A stretch of DNA of 64,000 bases from Felis catus (GCF_018350175.1 NC_058383.1:10418001-10482000), one strand, 5' to 3'. Counted from the first letter of the stretch, positions 12,136-26,987 are shown. The notes: a model not told the origin generated them from the letters alone. Translations and numbers: made by a program.

Positions 12136-15100
12136 TGTCTCATTCATTCTAAAAATGATTTGGAGGGACTGCCGTGTGCCTGGAACAGGGAAAACAGTGG
12201 TGGGCGCCCAGACTCGGTCTCTGCTCCTGGGGGACTTCCAAACTTCAGGTCAGTGAGCCAGGAAATTATCACTCATGTGATCTGTGCTCCGCGGGTCCCC
12301 ATGGCAGCCCAGAGCAGGGGGCCCAGACCAGCCCTCGGAAGGAAGGAAGGCTTCCCGCTAGAGGTGATGTCTGCACTAAGCCGACGGTTGAGCAGACATG
12401 AGCCAGTCACGCCGCCACCAGCCGGAGGGAACGAGGCAAAGAGGACTCCAGGGAGAGGGGCACATGATACACCCGGGTGTGTCCGGGGTGGCCGACCCAG
12501 AGTCGGAACAAGAGAACTCGAGGCGAGATCACTGTGGGGGTCTGAAGCCATAGAACACAGGGCCTTGTGGGCACGGCAAGGGTTTCTTATGTTGTCCTAC
12601 AGGTGGTGGGCAGTTAGTGCGGGGGGTAGGCAAGTGACACCCTACGGTTGGCGTTTTTAACAGGTCAGACTGGATTAGAAGGGGCAGGAGGGGATGAGGG
12701 TAGGGTGGGAAAGCTATCCCAAGAGATAGGGTGGAACTCGGATGCCAGCTTCGAGGGGAAGGCGGGGAGCAGAGGGGTAAGGGGGGAGGGGTGACGAGGG
12801 TAGGGAGCCGTGGGTGTGGGTAACAGGACAGGGCTGTCCTAGTGGAAATCTAGGCATGGACAAGCATGAGATTTCCTGGCATGCTGGCGGCTGGACCTGG
12901 GACGGGGAGGAAGAGGCACGTGTGTGGAAGTGACTCAGGTTTGTTCAACAGGGACAGTTGCGCCGCTGACCCAGAGCACTGCGGGGGGAGCAGTTTGGGG
13001 GGAAGAGGAGGTCTCTGGGTTTGGACTGCTGAGATTGAGGTGCCAGAGACGGACATCCAGGCAGAGACAGCACCGCCCATCTGGACCAAGGAGGGTCGAG
13101 TGAGGTCCCAGGAGCCCGGAAGGGGACGGTATTTGGGGGGGGGGGGCGGGTGGTCCGGTGTTGGATGAGGCTGAGGTGACACCAGTGCAGTGCCGGTGGG
13201 GCTGGGCTCCGTGGGGTCCCCACTGACCTGGGTGGGAGCGGGAGGCCGACGAAGTGTGCTGGGGAGTGAGAAGGAGGTGAGGAGTGGAGACAAGTATGCA
13301 GACAGCTTTTTGGAGACTGGCCGGGGCAGGGAGGTGAGAGACGGGGCAGCCAGAGGTGGGAGTGGGGCTCCGGGAAGGTTGTCTTCTTCCTTTGATGGTG
13401 CAGTGCTTAAGTGCCAATGATAGCTGGTGGTCGAGCAGGTGGGGGGAGGGGCCCAGGCGCAGGTGGGCACCCCTTGGTAGAAGGAGTCTGTCCTGGAGAG
13501 ACAGGGGAGGAGAGGGGCCGGCTGGCCAGAGGCCTGGAGATGTGAGGTTGAGGACAGTCCCACTGAACTAGTTCCAGGCTGAGGACAAAGGCTCAGGGTT
13601 TGGGGACGGAGAGGGAGGCATGAAGGGCTTCTGTGTGAGTGTTCAGTGACAGAGGAAAGCCCCGGCTGGGCCTGGGGTTGGAGTCAGAGGTCACTGGGCC
13701 AGGTCTGAGTCTGGAATTAGGGTCAAGATTCAGTTTGGGCTCAGAGAGGGCTCTGTCCAGAGTGGAGAGCTGATGGTTAAAACAAGGTCAGAGCCTCGCA
13801 TCTCTGGGGCCCGTCCCGAGTTCAGGGTGCAGCCCTAGAACCGCTGAGGTCAAAGGTGAGCTCTCCCAGGGGAGATCTGTCCCGGGGTCTGACCTGTCCC
13901 GGCTCCCATCCAAAAACCTCCATCCCGAGGGACAATGCCAGCTCAGACCCCACTCTTCCTTCGGGCCAGAAGGGCCCCCAGCCCAGCCCACCCTCCCCAC
14001 GGCTGGGCACGAGCCGAGTCCTGCCCTGCCCAGTCCAGGGTGAGAATTCCGGCCACACGTCTCTGTGATGTGGTCACATTGGAAAAATGTTAATCAAATA
14101 TTCTCCTCCGTGTTTCCTTTCTTTCCCAGGCTGGATTCCTAGAAGACAGGAATTTATGGTGTGAGAGCTCCAGCCCCCGCAAACCCGCAGCCAAGGTCAA
14201 CAGCACGAGGGGGGCAGCCCTGCCAAGCGAGGAGGGGAGCAGTGACTTTGGGAGCTGGTTGCACAGAAAACCAAAGTACATCCATTAAAAAAAAAAAAAA
14301 AAATCCCTTCTCTCCCTCACGTTCCCAAACTGGGGGCTTAAAAAAAGTCCCCCAGACTGGCCCAGACAAGGCCCCTTGTCTGGGAAGACTGAACCCGTTT
14401 GGAGACAAGGCATGCGAAGCTGCTGGGGCGGGGGCCCATGGAAGGCCTCGGGGCGGGTGGTGAGCAGGCTACGCATGTGTCCTCGTCCTTCGAGCCAACC
14501 GAGGGCAGCTGAGATGGAAATAGGAGCCCTGGGCCCTTCAGAAAGCCCCCCAACGTGACAGCCTCATTTGCCCCCTCTCTCCCCTCTCCCTTCCGGAGTC
14601 GGGGGTCTTGACTACCCACACACACTGAATGCCCAGCACCCTGGGGACCAGAGCTCCCTGTCACAAGCCCTGAGTCTCTGGCAGGAGAGAATAAGTTTGC
14701 CCCAGCCTCCTAGGGAGCTGAGGAGGGGCCCGGAGACCACCTCGATTCAGACTCCAACAACCGGGCGCTGGGAAGATAGCCCCCACCCTGGTCCAGAGCC
14801 CGGGCAGGTGCAGCTAAACACCCACCGGTTATCTGTGCACCTGACGTTTCTGAACCCCATGGGGTTGCACCACCGGGGAAAATACAACAAGGCAGCCTCC
14901 TGCCCTGGAGAATCCCCGGCAAGCGGCGGGGGGGAGCACTGACACGGAAACGGATGGCGACCAACACGTGAGGGGCTGTGGGTCCCCCCGGGGGGGAGTG
15001 AGCACCCTGGGGTGCAGAGAAAGACATGGGGCAGAGAAAGCTTCCTGAAGGAGGTGCCCCCCAGGGGTGGCCGGAGTTCACCAGGCGGACATCCAGTGGG

Positions 15101-15584
15101 AGGGGGGCTTGGAGGGAACATTCCAGCTAAGTCCACAGCATGTGCAAAGGCCCAGAATGTTTATACCTTGGTAAGACTTTTCATATAAATAAATGCTCAA
15201 ATCCAAAAAAACAAAAAGGCCTCTGGCAAACCTCATGTCTGGGTTTCTTGCTCAGAAAATGAAGCCCTGCTCTGCCCTGGAGACCAGGGGCCAGCAGAAG
15301 GGGGGTGTCTGACACGGCCCTCAGGTTCCCACCCCTTCCACCCCCACAGCACCACCCCATAGACCCCCCTACAGGGTCCACCTCTCAGCCCCCGCCCGAC
15401 ACTGGCTGCTTCCTCCCGACCACCTCCTTCCAAGGCCAAATTACCACTTTCACCCTGGTCTCCTACCGTGTGCCAGGAGCCGAGAGGGGATAGGGGACAC
15501 TCCTCTGGGGCATCGGGGTCTTTCCAGGGTCTCTGATCCCTGGATGCCTGGAGTAGAGGGAACCCGAACCTCCAGTTTATATGG

Positions 15585-15650
15585 GTTTTTTTTAATGGTT
15601 ATTTATTTATTTTGAGAGAGAGAGAGAGTGCATGTGAGCCAAGGAGGGTC

Positions 15651-15684
<34 letters not shown>

Positions 15685-15815
15685 GGAATCTGAAGCAGGC
15701 TCCGCACTGTCAGCACAGAGCCCAACATGGGGCTCTAACCCATGAACCGTGAGATCAGGACCTGAGCCGAAATCACGAGTCAGATGCTTAACCGACTGAG
15801 CCCCCCAGGTGTCCC
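15585..15815 (-). mobile_element. Can-SINE
   Basis: Poly-T, (GA)n, SINEC body. Confidence 0.93.
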
Positions 15816-15921
15816 TATATGTGATTTTTAAATCTCTTGTTGGCCCTCAAGTAGAGACGATTGACTGATTTAATTTTTTTTATTATTGGAGAGTAATTGA
15901 CATACAGTATTGTATGAGTCC

Positions 15922-16149
15922 GGGGTGCCTGGGTGGCTCAGTCGGTTAAGCATCTGACTTCGGCTCAGGTCATGATCTCACGATCCGTGAGTTCAAGCCC
16001 CACGTTGGGCTCTGTGCTGACAGCTCGGAGCCTGGAGCCTGCTTCGAATTCTGTGTCTCCCTGTCTGTGATCCTCCCCCATTCATGCTCTGTCTCTCTCT
16101 GTCTCAAAAATAAATAAACATTAAAATAATTTAAAAAAAAATAAAAAAT
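15922..16149 (+). mobile_element. Can-SINE inserted in an antisense L1 3' fragment
   Basis: GGGGTGCCTGGGTGGCTCAGTCGGTTAAG head, poly-A, degenerate TSD TATTGTATGA. Confidence 0.95.
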
Positions 16150-16582
16150 AATATTGTATGAATTCAGGTGCACAACAATACATATGCACATGCGTTCTGC
16201 AAGTCCGGGTGCCATATTATCATACTGTTACCGTATTATCGACTATATTCCCCGTGCCGAGGAAGCTTCATTTATATTGTTCCTTTCAATCCTGTTCGTG
16301 CCCCCACAGGCAAACTTTCCCAAGCATGTCTTTTTTATTCCTGTGTATTCTTGGATGCTTAACTGGCACGGAGGTTCCTCTTGGGGAATGGCATGTCTTG
16401 GAACTAGGCTGGTGGCTGCACCACATCATGACTGTACCAAATGCCACCGGACTGTATGCTTCAAAACGGGGTCAATGTTACGCTATGTGAATTTCACCGC
16501 ATTTTTTAAAACATGTCTGGCTGTTGAGGGGGGGTGTTATTTACATGAGTGGAGTTGGGCTATTTTTTCCACTCGCGCTGCT

Positions 16583-16799
16583 TTTTTTTTTAATGTTTTA
16601 TTTTATTATTTGTTTGAGAGAGAGTGTGTGTGCAAGCAGGGAAGAGGGCAGAGAGAGAGGGAGACAGAGAATCCGAAGCAGGCTCCAGGCTCGGCACTGA
16701 CAGCAATGAGCCCGACTCGGGGCTTGAACTCACGAACCTCGAGATCATGACCTGGGCCGAAGTCAGACTCTTGAACCAACTGAGCCACCCACACGCCCC
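16583..16799 (-). mobile_element. Can-SINE
   Basis: Poly-T followed by a SINEC body on the minus strand. Confidence 0.93.
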
Positions 16800-17422
16800 T
16801 CAGGCGCCCCTCGTGCTCTGTTTTTGAGATCTAACAACCTAGTCTCATCTCCACTGGGCTTGTGGCTTCACACGTGACTGTCACATGGTGCCCTGGTGTG
16901 GGCGTGGCCACCTTTTGCACACACACTCCACCGATGGGCACCTGGGGAAGCCCTCTCCCTGCCTCTACATGCACTTGACTGAACGGAGCGCTGCTGGATG
17001 GCCCCTCATTGGGGCCACTCCTGCTGACATCCTGCCAACACTGGCCAGTACCTACCTCTTTACTGCCTGGCAGCCTGATGGGTGGTAAGCAGTATCTTCT
17101 TATTATTCTGATTTGCATTTCTCTGATTATAAGTGAGTTTGAGTGGTCCTTTCTGTTCTCTGGTTGTTTACATTTCCTCTCCTGCAAATGGCCAGTTCAT
17201 ACCCTTTGCCCATTTTGCTATAGGGGCTGCAGTCTATCCGTCCTCATTTCACAGCCATCCCATGTGTATTGCAGAACCGCAGTCCCTTGTTGCTTAAGAC
17301 GCACAAATATCATCCTCCTCCCGTCTGCCGTGTTGCCGGCGGAGGCCTCCTCTGAACCAAGATCCTGAATTCCAGCTGGATATTTTTGGGGAACTTGATA
17401 AACTTACCCTAAAATATACGGA

Positions 17423-17615
17423 GGGGACGCCTGGGTGGCTCAGTCGGGGTTGAGCGTTCGACTTTGGCTCAGGTCACAATCTTATGGTTCATGGGTTCGA
17501 GTCACACATCGGACTCTCAGCTGTCCGCACAGAGTCCGCTTCGGATCCTCTGTCCCCCCAACCCCTGTCCCTCCCCCACTTGCTCTCTCTCTCTCTCAAA
17601 AATCAATAAACATTT
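17423..17615 (+). mobile_element. Can-SINE inside an old L1 ORF2 fragment (about 17360-18040)
   Basis: SINEC head and TSD TAAAATATA(C/T)GGA. Confidence 0.92.
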
Positions 17616-20600
17616 AAAATATATGGAAGAATAAAGATTTGTAAGTGGCTAGCTGACTTTGAGAAAAAAAGAACCCAGAGGGGAGGACTGGCCCTGCCTG
17701 CTGTTAGCACAGACTACGAAGCCCCGGCCGGGAAAACAGTATGATCCGGGTACAAAAACAGCCAGATGGGCGACAGAACAGAAAGGGAGCTGAACTCAGC
17801 CCCAGGTCCACGGGTTAAGGATGGAATGGTTAGTCGGGTTGAGGACATGGGCTCACTCTATGGAGAAAAATTACCACCGAAGCAGACGTAGTCTCTCCTA
17901 AGAAGGTGACTCCAAAGCGATAAAAGACAGACCTAGATAGGAAAAGCAAGGGGAGAATAAACCGTTGGAGAATATCTTTGTAACATAGGAGGGGGAGAAC
18001 TTGAAACAAAACCCCAAGTGCACACACCATAAGGCAAAACCGGAGGGCCTGCAGCCTTATCCAGAGGAAGTGGCATTTCCTCCCGGATGCCAGCCTCGGC
18101 CCTGCCCACCTGGTGAGTCATGGGCGCACTTGAGGCTGGCAGCCCGGCCCGCCCTTCCCGTCGGTCCCCAGGAGGGAGTAGTGCAATGCCCGCCTTATCT
18201 CACCCTTGCCCGCAGCCCTGCAGACATGAGGTCAGGGCTGGGATGCAATGAGGGTGGGAGGCAGGAGGCAGCAGAGGGGTCAGGGAGGGGTCAGGGAGAG
18301 GTCAAGGGTCACTGGCAAATGCTGCACAGGAAAAGCAGACCCTTGAAGGACCCCGGCCAGCTGCCAGGGCTGGGGGAGGTGAAAGGCTAATGCCATCAGG
18401 AGGTGGCAGGGGCGAGGGGACGAGGACACGTGTGGCATCCTCGTGGAACAGAGGGCCCTAGACTCAGATCTCCAGTGTAGGACTCCATCTGTGCCCCCCT
18501 ACCTCACTGCTGCTCCCAGAATCCTCTCTGGTTTCTCCAATGGTTCTTTAGAGCCAGACCTTCCAGCCAAGACATAGCCAGACCGAGAAGCCATTGAGAG
18601 ACCTGGCAAGGACATGTCTACCCTTCCCAGTGTGTCTATACTCCACCAGGGTGCGGCCCTGGGGTGCTCCAGGTAGCTGTGCCTCACCCCTTTGGTCATC
18701 CAACAGAGGGCCACCCAACACAGGCCCCAGCGCTGACCCCAAGGCTCTCCGAGTCCGGGGTGGGACGAGTTCCCCTCAACAGCAGGGTACGTGTGTGTCT
18801 GGATGTCTGGGGCCAAGCTAGGCATGTGGACACCCACATATGTCCGTGACTGTGTGTGTGCAAATATCCAACCATCTGTCCCCTTTGTTTTGTCCCCGAG
18901 TCTACGCCAGCTGAACCAACGGCTCTTTTCCAGAAGGTTCCCTGACCCCTGGGACAACCGTCCTCCAGCCTGCCTCTGGGCATCCTGACCAGCGGTGGGC
19001 AGCAGTCTGCATGTTGGGCAGTTGGTTGGTCAACAATAAGCTATTCCGGGGTGCACAGGTCTGCCCTGAGGGGTTTATAGCCCGAGCAGCCCCCTTTTGC
19101 CAGCTAGCAGGGACGGGAGGGGGTTACAGTTGTCCACTCTGGCCAGCGCCGCTGGTCCCTGCAGCTGGACGGGGCTCCAGGGGCCCTTCCCCATCCCCAG
19201 GGTGCCAGTCCAGGGTGAGAGGGCGGGACCTATAGTCCATACCTCCCTCCACCCACCCACCTCCCCAGCATTGAACCCAATCGCGTGGAGAGAGAGCATT
19301 AGCCAGATTGTCCCGAATATAGAGCTAAGTGGCTGCTGTTACTGACAGAGAGACAGAGAGACAGGGAGAGATTTGCACACACGCACATGCACACGCGTAC
19401 ATATACATACACATATCGTAAAATACCGCAACTCCTTTTTGAACCAATGCGTTCAGTTTGTGAAAATTCACACTTGAGTTGAGAGCCCCCCGTCAACCTA
19501 CAGAACTCGGTCAAGCCCCCCCGCAAAGCCGCCTGATACCCCCTTCCAGTCACAGCTCTTCCCCCCACCCCCCGCCGGGCCCCCGCCCCGGCAAGGAGAA
19601 GCCCTCTCTGACGTCTCCCACCAGAGACTACTTTGGCCGTTTCTGAACTTGACAGAGGTAGAATCCTCCAGCTCGCCTGCTTTCGTGTCTGAGATGCAGC
19701 GAGGCTGAGGCCAGTGGTTGACAACAGGTGGCTTTTGGCAGGCTCGTTGGAGGCAACAGGCCGCACCACCCTCATTCTCCCCCCACCCCACCTGAGTTCT
19801 CAGGAGCCCACTGCTGGGAAGAAGAGCCTAGAAGGAGATTTTTCCAGAGACTAAATGCCTCGAGCTCAGGTCCTCCCAGAGTCCGGGGAGGCCTCAGGGG
19901 CATCTGCCGAGCTCCCAGGCGGATGCCTCTGATGTGGGCAGCCAGGAATGAGACCAGAGGGTGGGGCCCCAAGCCTTCCCTGGCCCTTTCCAGAAACGCC
20001 CAGTGGGAAAGCAAGATGGGTGCTGGAGGCAAAGAGCCGCCTTCTGGCCCGGAAGAGCCTCCTGAGCTGTGGTCCTGCCGGAGGCGGTCCTGCAGGGTGA
20101 GCTGCACTGAGCCCGTGTGGATGGGGCGCAGCCTAGGCAGGGCGGGAGACCCCAACTATCTTCTGCCTCTTTCTAAGAAAGGAGGCTCTGTTCGATTTAT
20201 CTCCATGCGGGGGCCTGGCACAGGGACAAACACAGAGTACGTGTTTGTTGAATGAATGAGTGAATGCACCCATTTTCCAGACAAGGGACGGGAGGCCTGG
20301 AAGAGCAGTGGTGGCTGTAATTCACGTGGAGTATAGACACAGGCCTGTGAGTTTCGAAGAGGGCTGCTGTCCAGCCTCCTGAGAATGGCAACTAGGATCT
20401 GCCCGCTCCTGACCCCACCCTAGGTCGGGCCGCAGCAGGAAGTGGCAGGCTTGACCCCCCCCCCCCAACAAGGAGCCATCTTTGGAGATCTTTGGGAATA
20501 TTTCCTGAAAACCAGGTCAGCCAGGACATCCTCCCTGCAGCTCCGGAGCTCCCGGGCGGGGCCCGGGCTTGCTTCCGGGCCCCTCTCTGCCTCCCCAGCT

Positions 20601-23600
20601 GGGTGGAACTCGGGGTGAGGCCAGGCAGCACCAGGAGGGTGTGGCAGGAGCGGGGAGGTGGTGGAGAGAGACAGGCCTGATTTATGAGGCAAGTAGCGAC
20701 GGGACCACTTGGCAAGGTGGGCACGCACGACAGACCCTTGGAGATAAGATCCCAGAGGTATGCAAGCGATGTAAACCATAGTGGGGTGAGCACTGCGGTT
20801 TCTCCGTACCAGCCAGAGACACCTAGACCAGAGCAGGACGAGGCAGCCGTCTTGGACAGAAGGAGGCCTCAGGACCTTCCAGGGCCTTCCAGGGCCAGGC
20901 CTCGATTCCCTCACCAGCCGTCCTGGACCCCTCATTCTTCCCCATGCTGCCGCCTCTGTGCCACTGCTCAGACCATCCCCACCCCTCCCACTCAGATTCT
21001 GCTTCATCACTGAACCCTGCCCAACTCTGCATCCACTCTCAAGGCAGACCTGCTGCAGAATTTTCCCCGACTTCAGGCTCCCCTTCATCACCGCCCCCAG
21101 GCCAGGTCCGTCCCTCGTGGCTCCTCATGGCCCTTCTCACGCTCAGCCTTCCTGACCTCCCGCACGTCCCTGGATGTGCCCACACTTCTTGACGTTCTGG
21201 GGCCTTTGCACACATGACGTCTTGGCTCCCAAATCCCTCTCTGCTCTGATCTGCTGGCAAACTCCTATTCAACCTTCAAAACCCATCTCCGTCTCCCAGG
21301 TCCGCTCTTCCAGAGTCATCGCGGCCTCTCGAAGGTAGAGGGAAGGGAGCCCTCAGCTCCCACTGCCCCCCAGTGTCAGCCCAGCCTTCTTGGTCAGAGA
21401 ATTCAGCACTCTTCCCAGACCGTACCCCCTTTGACTGGGCTTGTCTAGGCTGGAAGCCTCAGGTGTGCCCTCTCCGGGTCCCCAACTTCCACCTCGGACT
21501 GTCCAGGACTCAGAATCTCCAAGTTCAAAGCCAGAGGCTCCCTCCTTTTACGAAGAGGCCATCACTGAGACACCAAAAGGATGGGGCCTCCACACCACCC
21601 CCTCACATGTTCACCCTGTCGCCGCCCCCCCCCCAGCCCAGCCCTGACCCATTGCCCTCCATCCTGATCACAGTGACCACTGTGAAGGCAATGGCCAGGA
21701 CTGCTAGGAGAGGGAGAAACTGAGGCTAGAGGTGGGGAGAGGACGTATTATTCAAGCCAAACTCAAACGGTGGTAGAACCCATGCTGGTAAACTGCCTTA
21801 AGTGACCCTGTGTCCAGACCAGGTTGAGGACACGCCCCCCTCTAAGTAGAGGGCACGGGACCTACCAGCTGGTGCCCAGGCAGGACACATGAACAAGGGA
21901 AAGTCAATGTGTACAAGGTCGAGGGCTGCACCTGCTGCCTGCTCGGGGCTGGAGATACACATGGGCCAGGGCAGGCTAGTCGGGAGATGTCCTAGTTGAG
22001 CGCCCCGGGGAGGAAAGAGAACCAGGGCGTCGGCCGTCCGCACAAGGCCAGCGTCTGCTGACACACTGCCCAGGCACTGCAGCCACGAGCCAATGGCACA
22101 GCCACCAGGTGATGCATCCAACACAGATTCCCTTGGCTCTGGGCACAACCTGGGGACCCACGTCTGCAGACAGCCACGACCCCTCCTCACTGCCCTCCCA
22201 CAGGAATGCATGACTTTGGATGGAGACTGTGTCATCCAAGAAACATTCCATGTTTTCCTTGGTGCGTGCTCTGGGAACGTGGCGAGAATGCTGTCCACAC
22301 TGCCGTCCACATACTTGGGCGGCTGCCTGAATGCTGGGCTTCCCGGGCCAACCATGTCCTCAGTCCAAAGGGGCCCGGGCCCTGGAAGGCCACCCTTCTC
22401 CACCACCTGCCCGAGAGACCCGGTGGGAATATCTCTGGGTTTGGGATCAGGTTGGAGTGGGGGGGGGGGGCAGTTTGCTGGGAATGGAGGTCTACTGCCC
22501 CCCACCCACGCCCAGGCTCCTCTTGGCCAAGCACTGTCTTTGAACGTGGGAGACAGAGACCTGGCTGCCAGTTCCCCTACTGGTCGCGGGCCTTGACTCT
22601 GGGCAAGCCGTGCCCCTCTCTGAGCCTCAGTCTTACCCTCCATACAATGGGTTCCCTCGAGGCCTTCCAACTCCAAGGGGTCTAGAGTTAGAAACTTTTG
22701 AGTCTCCACCTAGACAGGAGCATAGGAAGGGGCCCACCTGTATCCCCACGCCCTCACCTCATGGCGACAGGGACACATCAGGCTTTGTTCCCGTTGGTGT
22801 CTTGCCAGCCACGGGGCCTTCCCTGGGACACCTCCTCTGACCACATGCCCTGCTTCTCCTTCCCCTTCGGCCTTCTGTCTCATCTCACCTTGGTCCCTGG
22901 CCTTGTGCTGCGGGTGACCAAGCAAGGTGGCGGTGGTGGGGAGTGCTGTCCACACGCACAGCACTCAGGTGGCTCTGGAACATTTCTGGGATGGGTGTGC
23001 TTCCCTGGTCCCCCAGGGCGGCTGGAGAGAGTGTCAGTGCCCCAGCCCCACCCTCCCTCAGAAAGACCTCCCACCGAGGTAACTGGTGGCGGTGATGGAC
23101 CCTGCACAGGCGTCAGCCCCCGGGGTGCACCTGGGCCCCCGGCCGCAGCCCTAGGCTGGTTACCTGCTCTGCAGGAGCTAACAGCAAAGGCTCCGGCCTC
23201 TTCTGCTTTCAATTTGGACGCGGTGGACAGAGCGCAAAGATGTTCACGTTTCCTTAGACTCTTCCTGGCCAGGGCCCGGGGCAGAGGCTCAGGACAGACA
23301 ACTTCAGGGAGAGAGAGTCAGGCACGACCAGCCCCCATCTGGAAGGGCCGCATCAGAACAGCAGAACCGGGGTTGTCCTGGCCCACAGGTGAACAGGGCA
23401 CCAGGGTCCAAAGGGTGTTGGAACCAAATACCTCTTTCCACAGGCAAAGAATCCGAGGCCCGCCGGGAGAAGAAGCTTGCCCAGGGCCCACAGGACACCT
23501 GCCTCTTGGCTTCTGGCTGAGCAGCTTTTGAGATGACAGCTCTAAAATGGGGCGTGGGAGAGGGGGACAGTCAGAGACCCAGGTCGAGATGGGCCTCAGG

Positions 23601-26044
23601 CCCCTGCCACAGGGGCACAGGTGTTATGTCTGTGTGAGGGCCGTTGAGGCCATGCCCTCTGACGCCTCTGACCGGCATTCTAATTTGAGATTCTGAGACC
23701 ATGGATCTACCAGACAATGACCTCTCAAGGCCGAGTGCACCTGTCCCCCAGCTCAGGGCCTCTGCTAGGACCCCTGGAGCTAAGAACAAAGCCTGAGGTG
23801 AGCAGGGCCTCGGTCACTCTTTGGGTCCCTTGACCTGCCAGGCCTGTCCTTCCTGCCCGCCCCGCCCCCCCCCACCCCATCCCCAGCCGGCATTTGCCTT
23901 GGCCTGCCTCTCACCCAGCCTTGCGGAGAACCAAGTGCCTGGAGTTGGTCACATCCGGCCCAGCCGTCTAAACAGGCCTGAGGGCCCAGAGCATGCCGGG
24001 CCCAAGGGGAGCCCAAAATAACATCTGAGTCAGCGTCCCTGCAGACACCCCCACCCGCCTGAGCCCACAGGGAGGGGCCTTAGAGGAGGCCCAGACAGAG
24101 GACCAGGCCAGGTCAGACGGCCACCTGCTCTGATGGGGCCCAGCCAGTGGCAGGCACAGCCCAGAGGGCAACGAGAACATTAGGGTCACAAGAGAGAGTC
24201 CGGGGAGTAGAGGCAGGAAGGGTGACCTCTAAGGGCCTCCTGTCTAAGGGAGACAGAGGTGACTGCAGATGGTGGTGGCAGTCCAGGTGGTTGATGTCAC
24301 GCCATAGGGCCCCGGGGGGTGGGGTGGGGGGGAGGGAGGCAAAGGAGACCTCAATCCAGCCCGAGGTCAAAGAAGTCTCCCGGAGGCAAGCAAGTCCTGA
24401 AGGAAGGATGGGTTGGATCTGGACGGGACAGGACTGGAGAGGCACGCTCTAGATGGGAGGTGAGGAGGAGAGCTCGTACCCAACCCCAGGAGACTCCAAG
24501 GAGTTGAGAGCCCACGTCTGGGGCATCGGGGACAGGAACTAGGCTGCTGTCATCCAGGCTTCAGTCCGGCACTGGGCCGGGGGGGGACAGTGCTCCAGGC
24601 CCCGGGACCTAGGACTATTTGAGACAGGAGGCAGGAGCCATGTGGCCTCGGCTCCTTCCCGAAGGCCGTCCCCAAGCGAGCTGGCCCAGGCAGCACTGTG
24701 TCCCCGTGTCCCCGGGTGGGCGGCTCGCGCCGGTCCCCGCGCATTCACAGCCTTGGCAGCTGGGAGGTCGCCGTGCCCCTCATCCCCAAGCTGCGGCAAG
24801 AGGCAGATACCTGAGTCCCCGCTGGCCCGCGGCTTAATCCCCCAGCTTTCCTGAGAACGGCTCGGCTGTTCTTGGCCAAGGGCCTCCGCTAAGCCTGGCA
24901 CGGCCGCGGCTTGGCCCTCACCAGCGAGCAAGGGCTTGGCCGGGGCCCAGCCGGGGTGGCGGACATGACAGAAGGCACAGAACATGGGGCCCAGGAGGGC
25001 AGTGAGACCGAGCAGCAGGGTGGGGCTCGCCTCCCGGGGCCCCTCTCGTCCAGCGGAGGCCGCAGTGGCCTTCTCCCAGCTTAGCTGGTCCAGAAACAGG
25101 CAGAATTTATGCCCCTTTATGCCTCTGAAACAAATTAAGTCTTTCGCGGAGGGAAAACAACCCCAAGATTGAGAGCAAAATCCTGGTCCTCCCTCCCGCC
25201 CTCCCTCCCGAGACAGGGCTTGACTGAGCCTCTACTATGTCCCCGGCCCAGTGCCGAGCTCTGGGCAGGGGGCATGGAGACGAATTTTCTGCAGAACCCC
25301 TGGGGCCGGGCCACACCCCTCTCACTGCCCCAGTTTCCTGCACCAGGGATCCCAGTAGGGCCGCAAGGAGGCTGCAACTACTGTCTGCCGAGCGGCTACC
25401 CCACAGCCGACGTGTGCAACGTGCTCCTTGACTCCTCACCACAGGGGAAACTGAGGCTCGGGGAGGGTGACTCACCCAGAGTCAAACAGCTCAAAATGGG
25501 ACTGTGGGGACTTGAACCTGAGATACGTGAGCCCAGAACCTTGGCTCTTAACTGCCATGTGAGTGGGAGAGAGAAAGAGAGAGAGACACTGTCTGTGTTC
25601 ACGTCCCCGTGTGTGCGTGTGTGTGCACGCACGTGTATGCGTGCCATTAAGTGTGTATCACGTCTGGAGAAGGGTGGAGGATCCCGAGGCCAGCTCAGAG
25701 CGGGAAAGGGTGGTACGTCAGGTCAAGACGGGTGGGTTTGTCACAGAAGGTGCTGGAGCAGTCCCCAAGGACTGTTTTAGACACCCCAGAGGCCCCCCCG
25801 TGCTTTTCATCAGCACTTAGGGTCTTCACACCTTTGTGTTTACCCGCCTTGTTTGTGGATGCCTTTCCTGAAAGTCGCCTGGAGAGAACTATTTCAAAGG
25901 GGGAACCACAGTCAGCCGCCAAGTTCCATTCTTTTTAAAATGACTGGGGCTGGAGGGTGGAGGAAGTGGGCAGGTGACCATCACGTGAAACCCCGGATGC
26001 ATTCATTCTATATCTCGAATATTGGCATCAAGAAAATCACGGGA

Positions 26045-26291
26045 GGGGCGCCTGGGTGGCTCAGTGGGTTAAGCATCCGACTCTTGATTTCAGCTCAGGT
26101 CACGATCTCACGGTTCGTGGGGTCGAGCCCGTCCTCAAGCTCTGTGCTGACAGGGCAGAGCCTGCTTGGGATTCTCTTTCTCTCCTTCTCTCTCTGCCCC
26201 TCCTCCACATGCTCTCTCTCAAAATAAATAAATAAACTTTTAAAAGGGCAGGAGGGAGCACCTAGGTGGCTCAGTTGGTTAAGCATCTGAC
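26045..26291 (+). mobile_element. Can-SINE followed by a second, truncated SINE head
   Basis: Full copy at 26045-26243; extra head at 26255-26291. Confidence 0.9.
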
Positions 26292-26987
26292 CTCTACTTT
26301 GGATTAGTCCTAATGGGGAATGGGGACTCAGACTAGATCAGAGACATGAAAAGCACAACCCCTACTGCCTGCTCCCAGGCAGACATTACCAAGCAACTGC
26401 ATGGTTCTCACCCGCTAAACCGGGATATCCTCAGAATCCTTCTTAACCCCATTTCAGGCCACCGTTGCCAGGCAAACATGGTTGGTGATGGAAGCTATTT
26501 GCCATCCTGAGAGGGGACGAGCTTCCCTGGCCTTGAATCTATGAACGAGTGGAGAGGAGTGACCAGGAAGGTCCAGGTTGTTGGGTGGGTTTAGGAAAGA
26601 GGAAGAAAAGATCAGGTGAGGAGGCTTCCTGGAGATTCAGTCTGGGGACCCTCAGACCGAGCTGTGTGAACCGGTGAGCTTGTCCTGCACCAGATGGGAA
26701 AAAAACAGTGCGGATGGAGAGGGGATGGGGGACCCCACTCGCTGCCTGAATCCTGACGGCACAAACACTCATTGCAAAAACCACAGGCAGCTCGGAGCTT
26801 TTATTAATTCCAGGGCCTGGAGGAAGAACGGGGGCCAGGGAAAGCGGCAGTAGGCCAGTGACCCAGGAGGAAGAGAGTTTTCCCAGACACCGGGGCCACC
26901 AAGCTCGGGGAGGGGATGTGGGGGCAGGCCGAGGCCTGGCTCTCTGAGATTTAAAATTCTCTGGGTCAACGTTAAAAGCTAAAGGTA

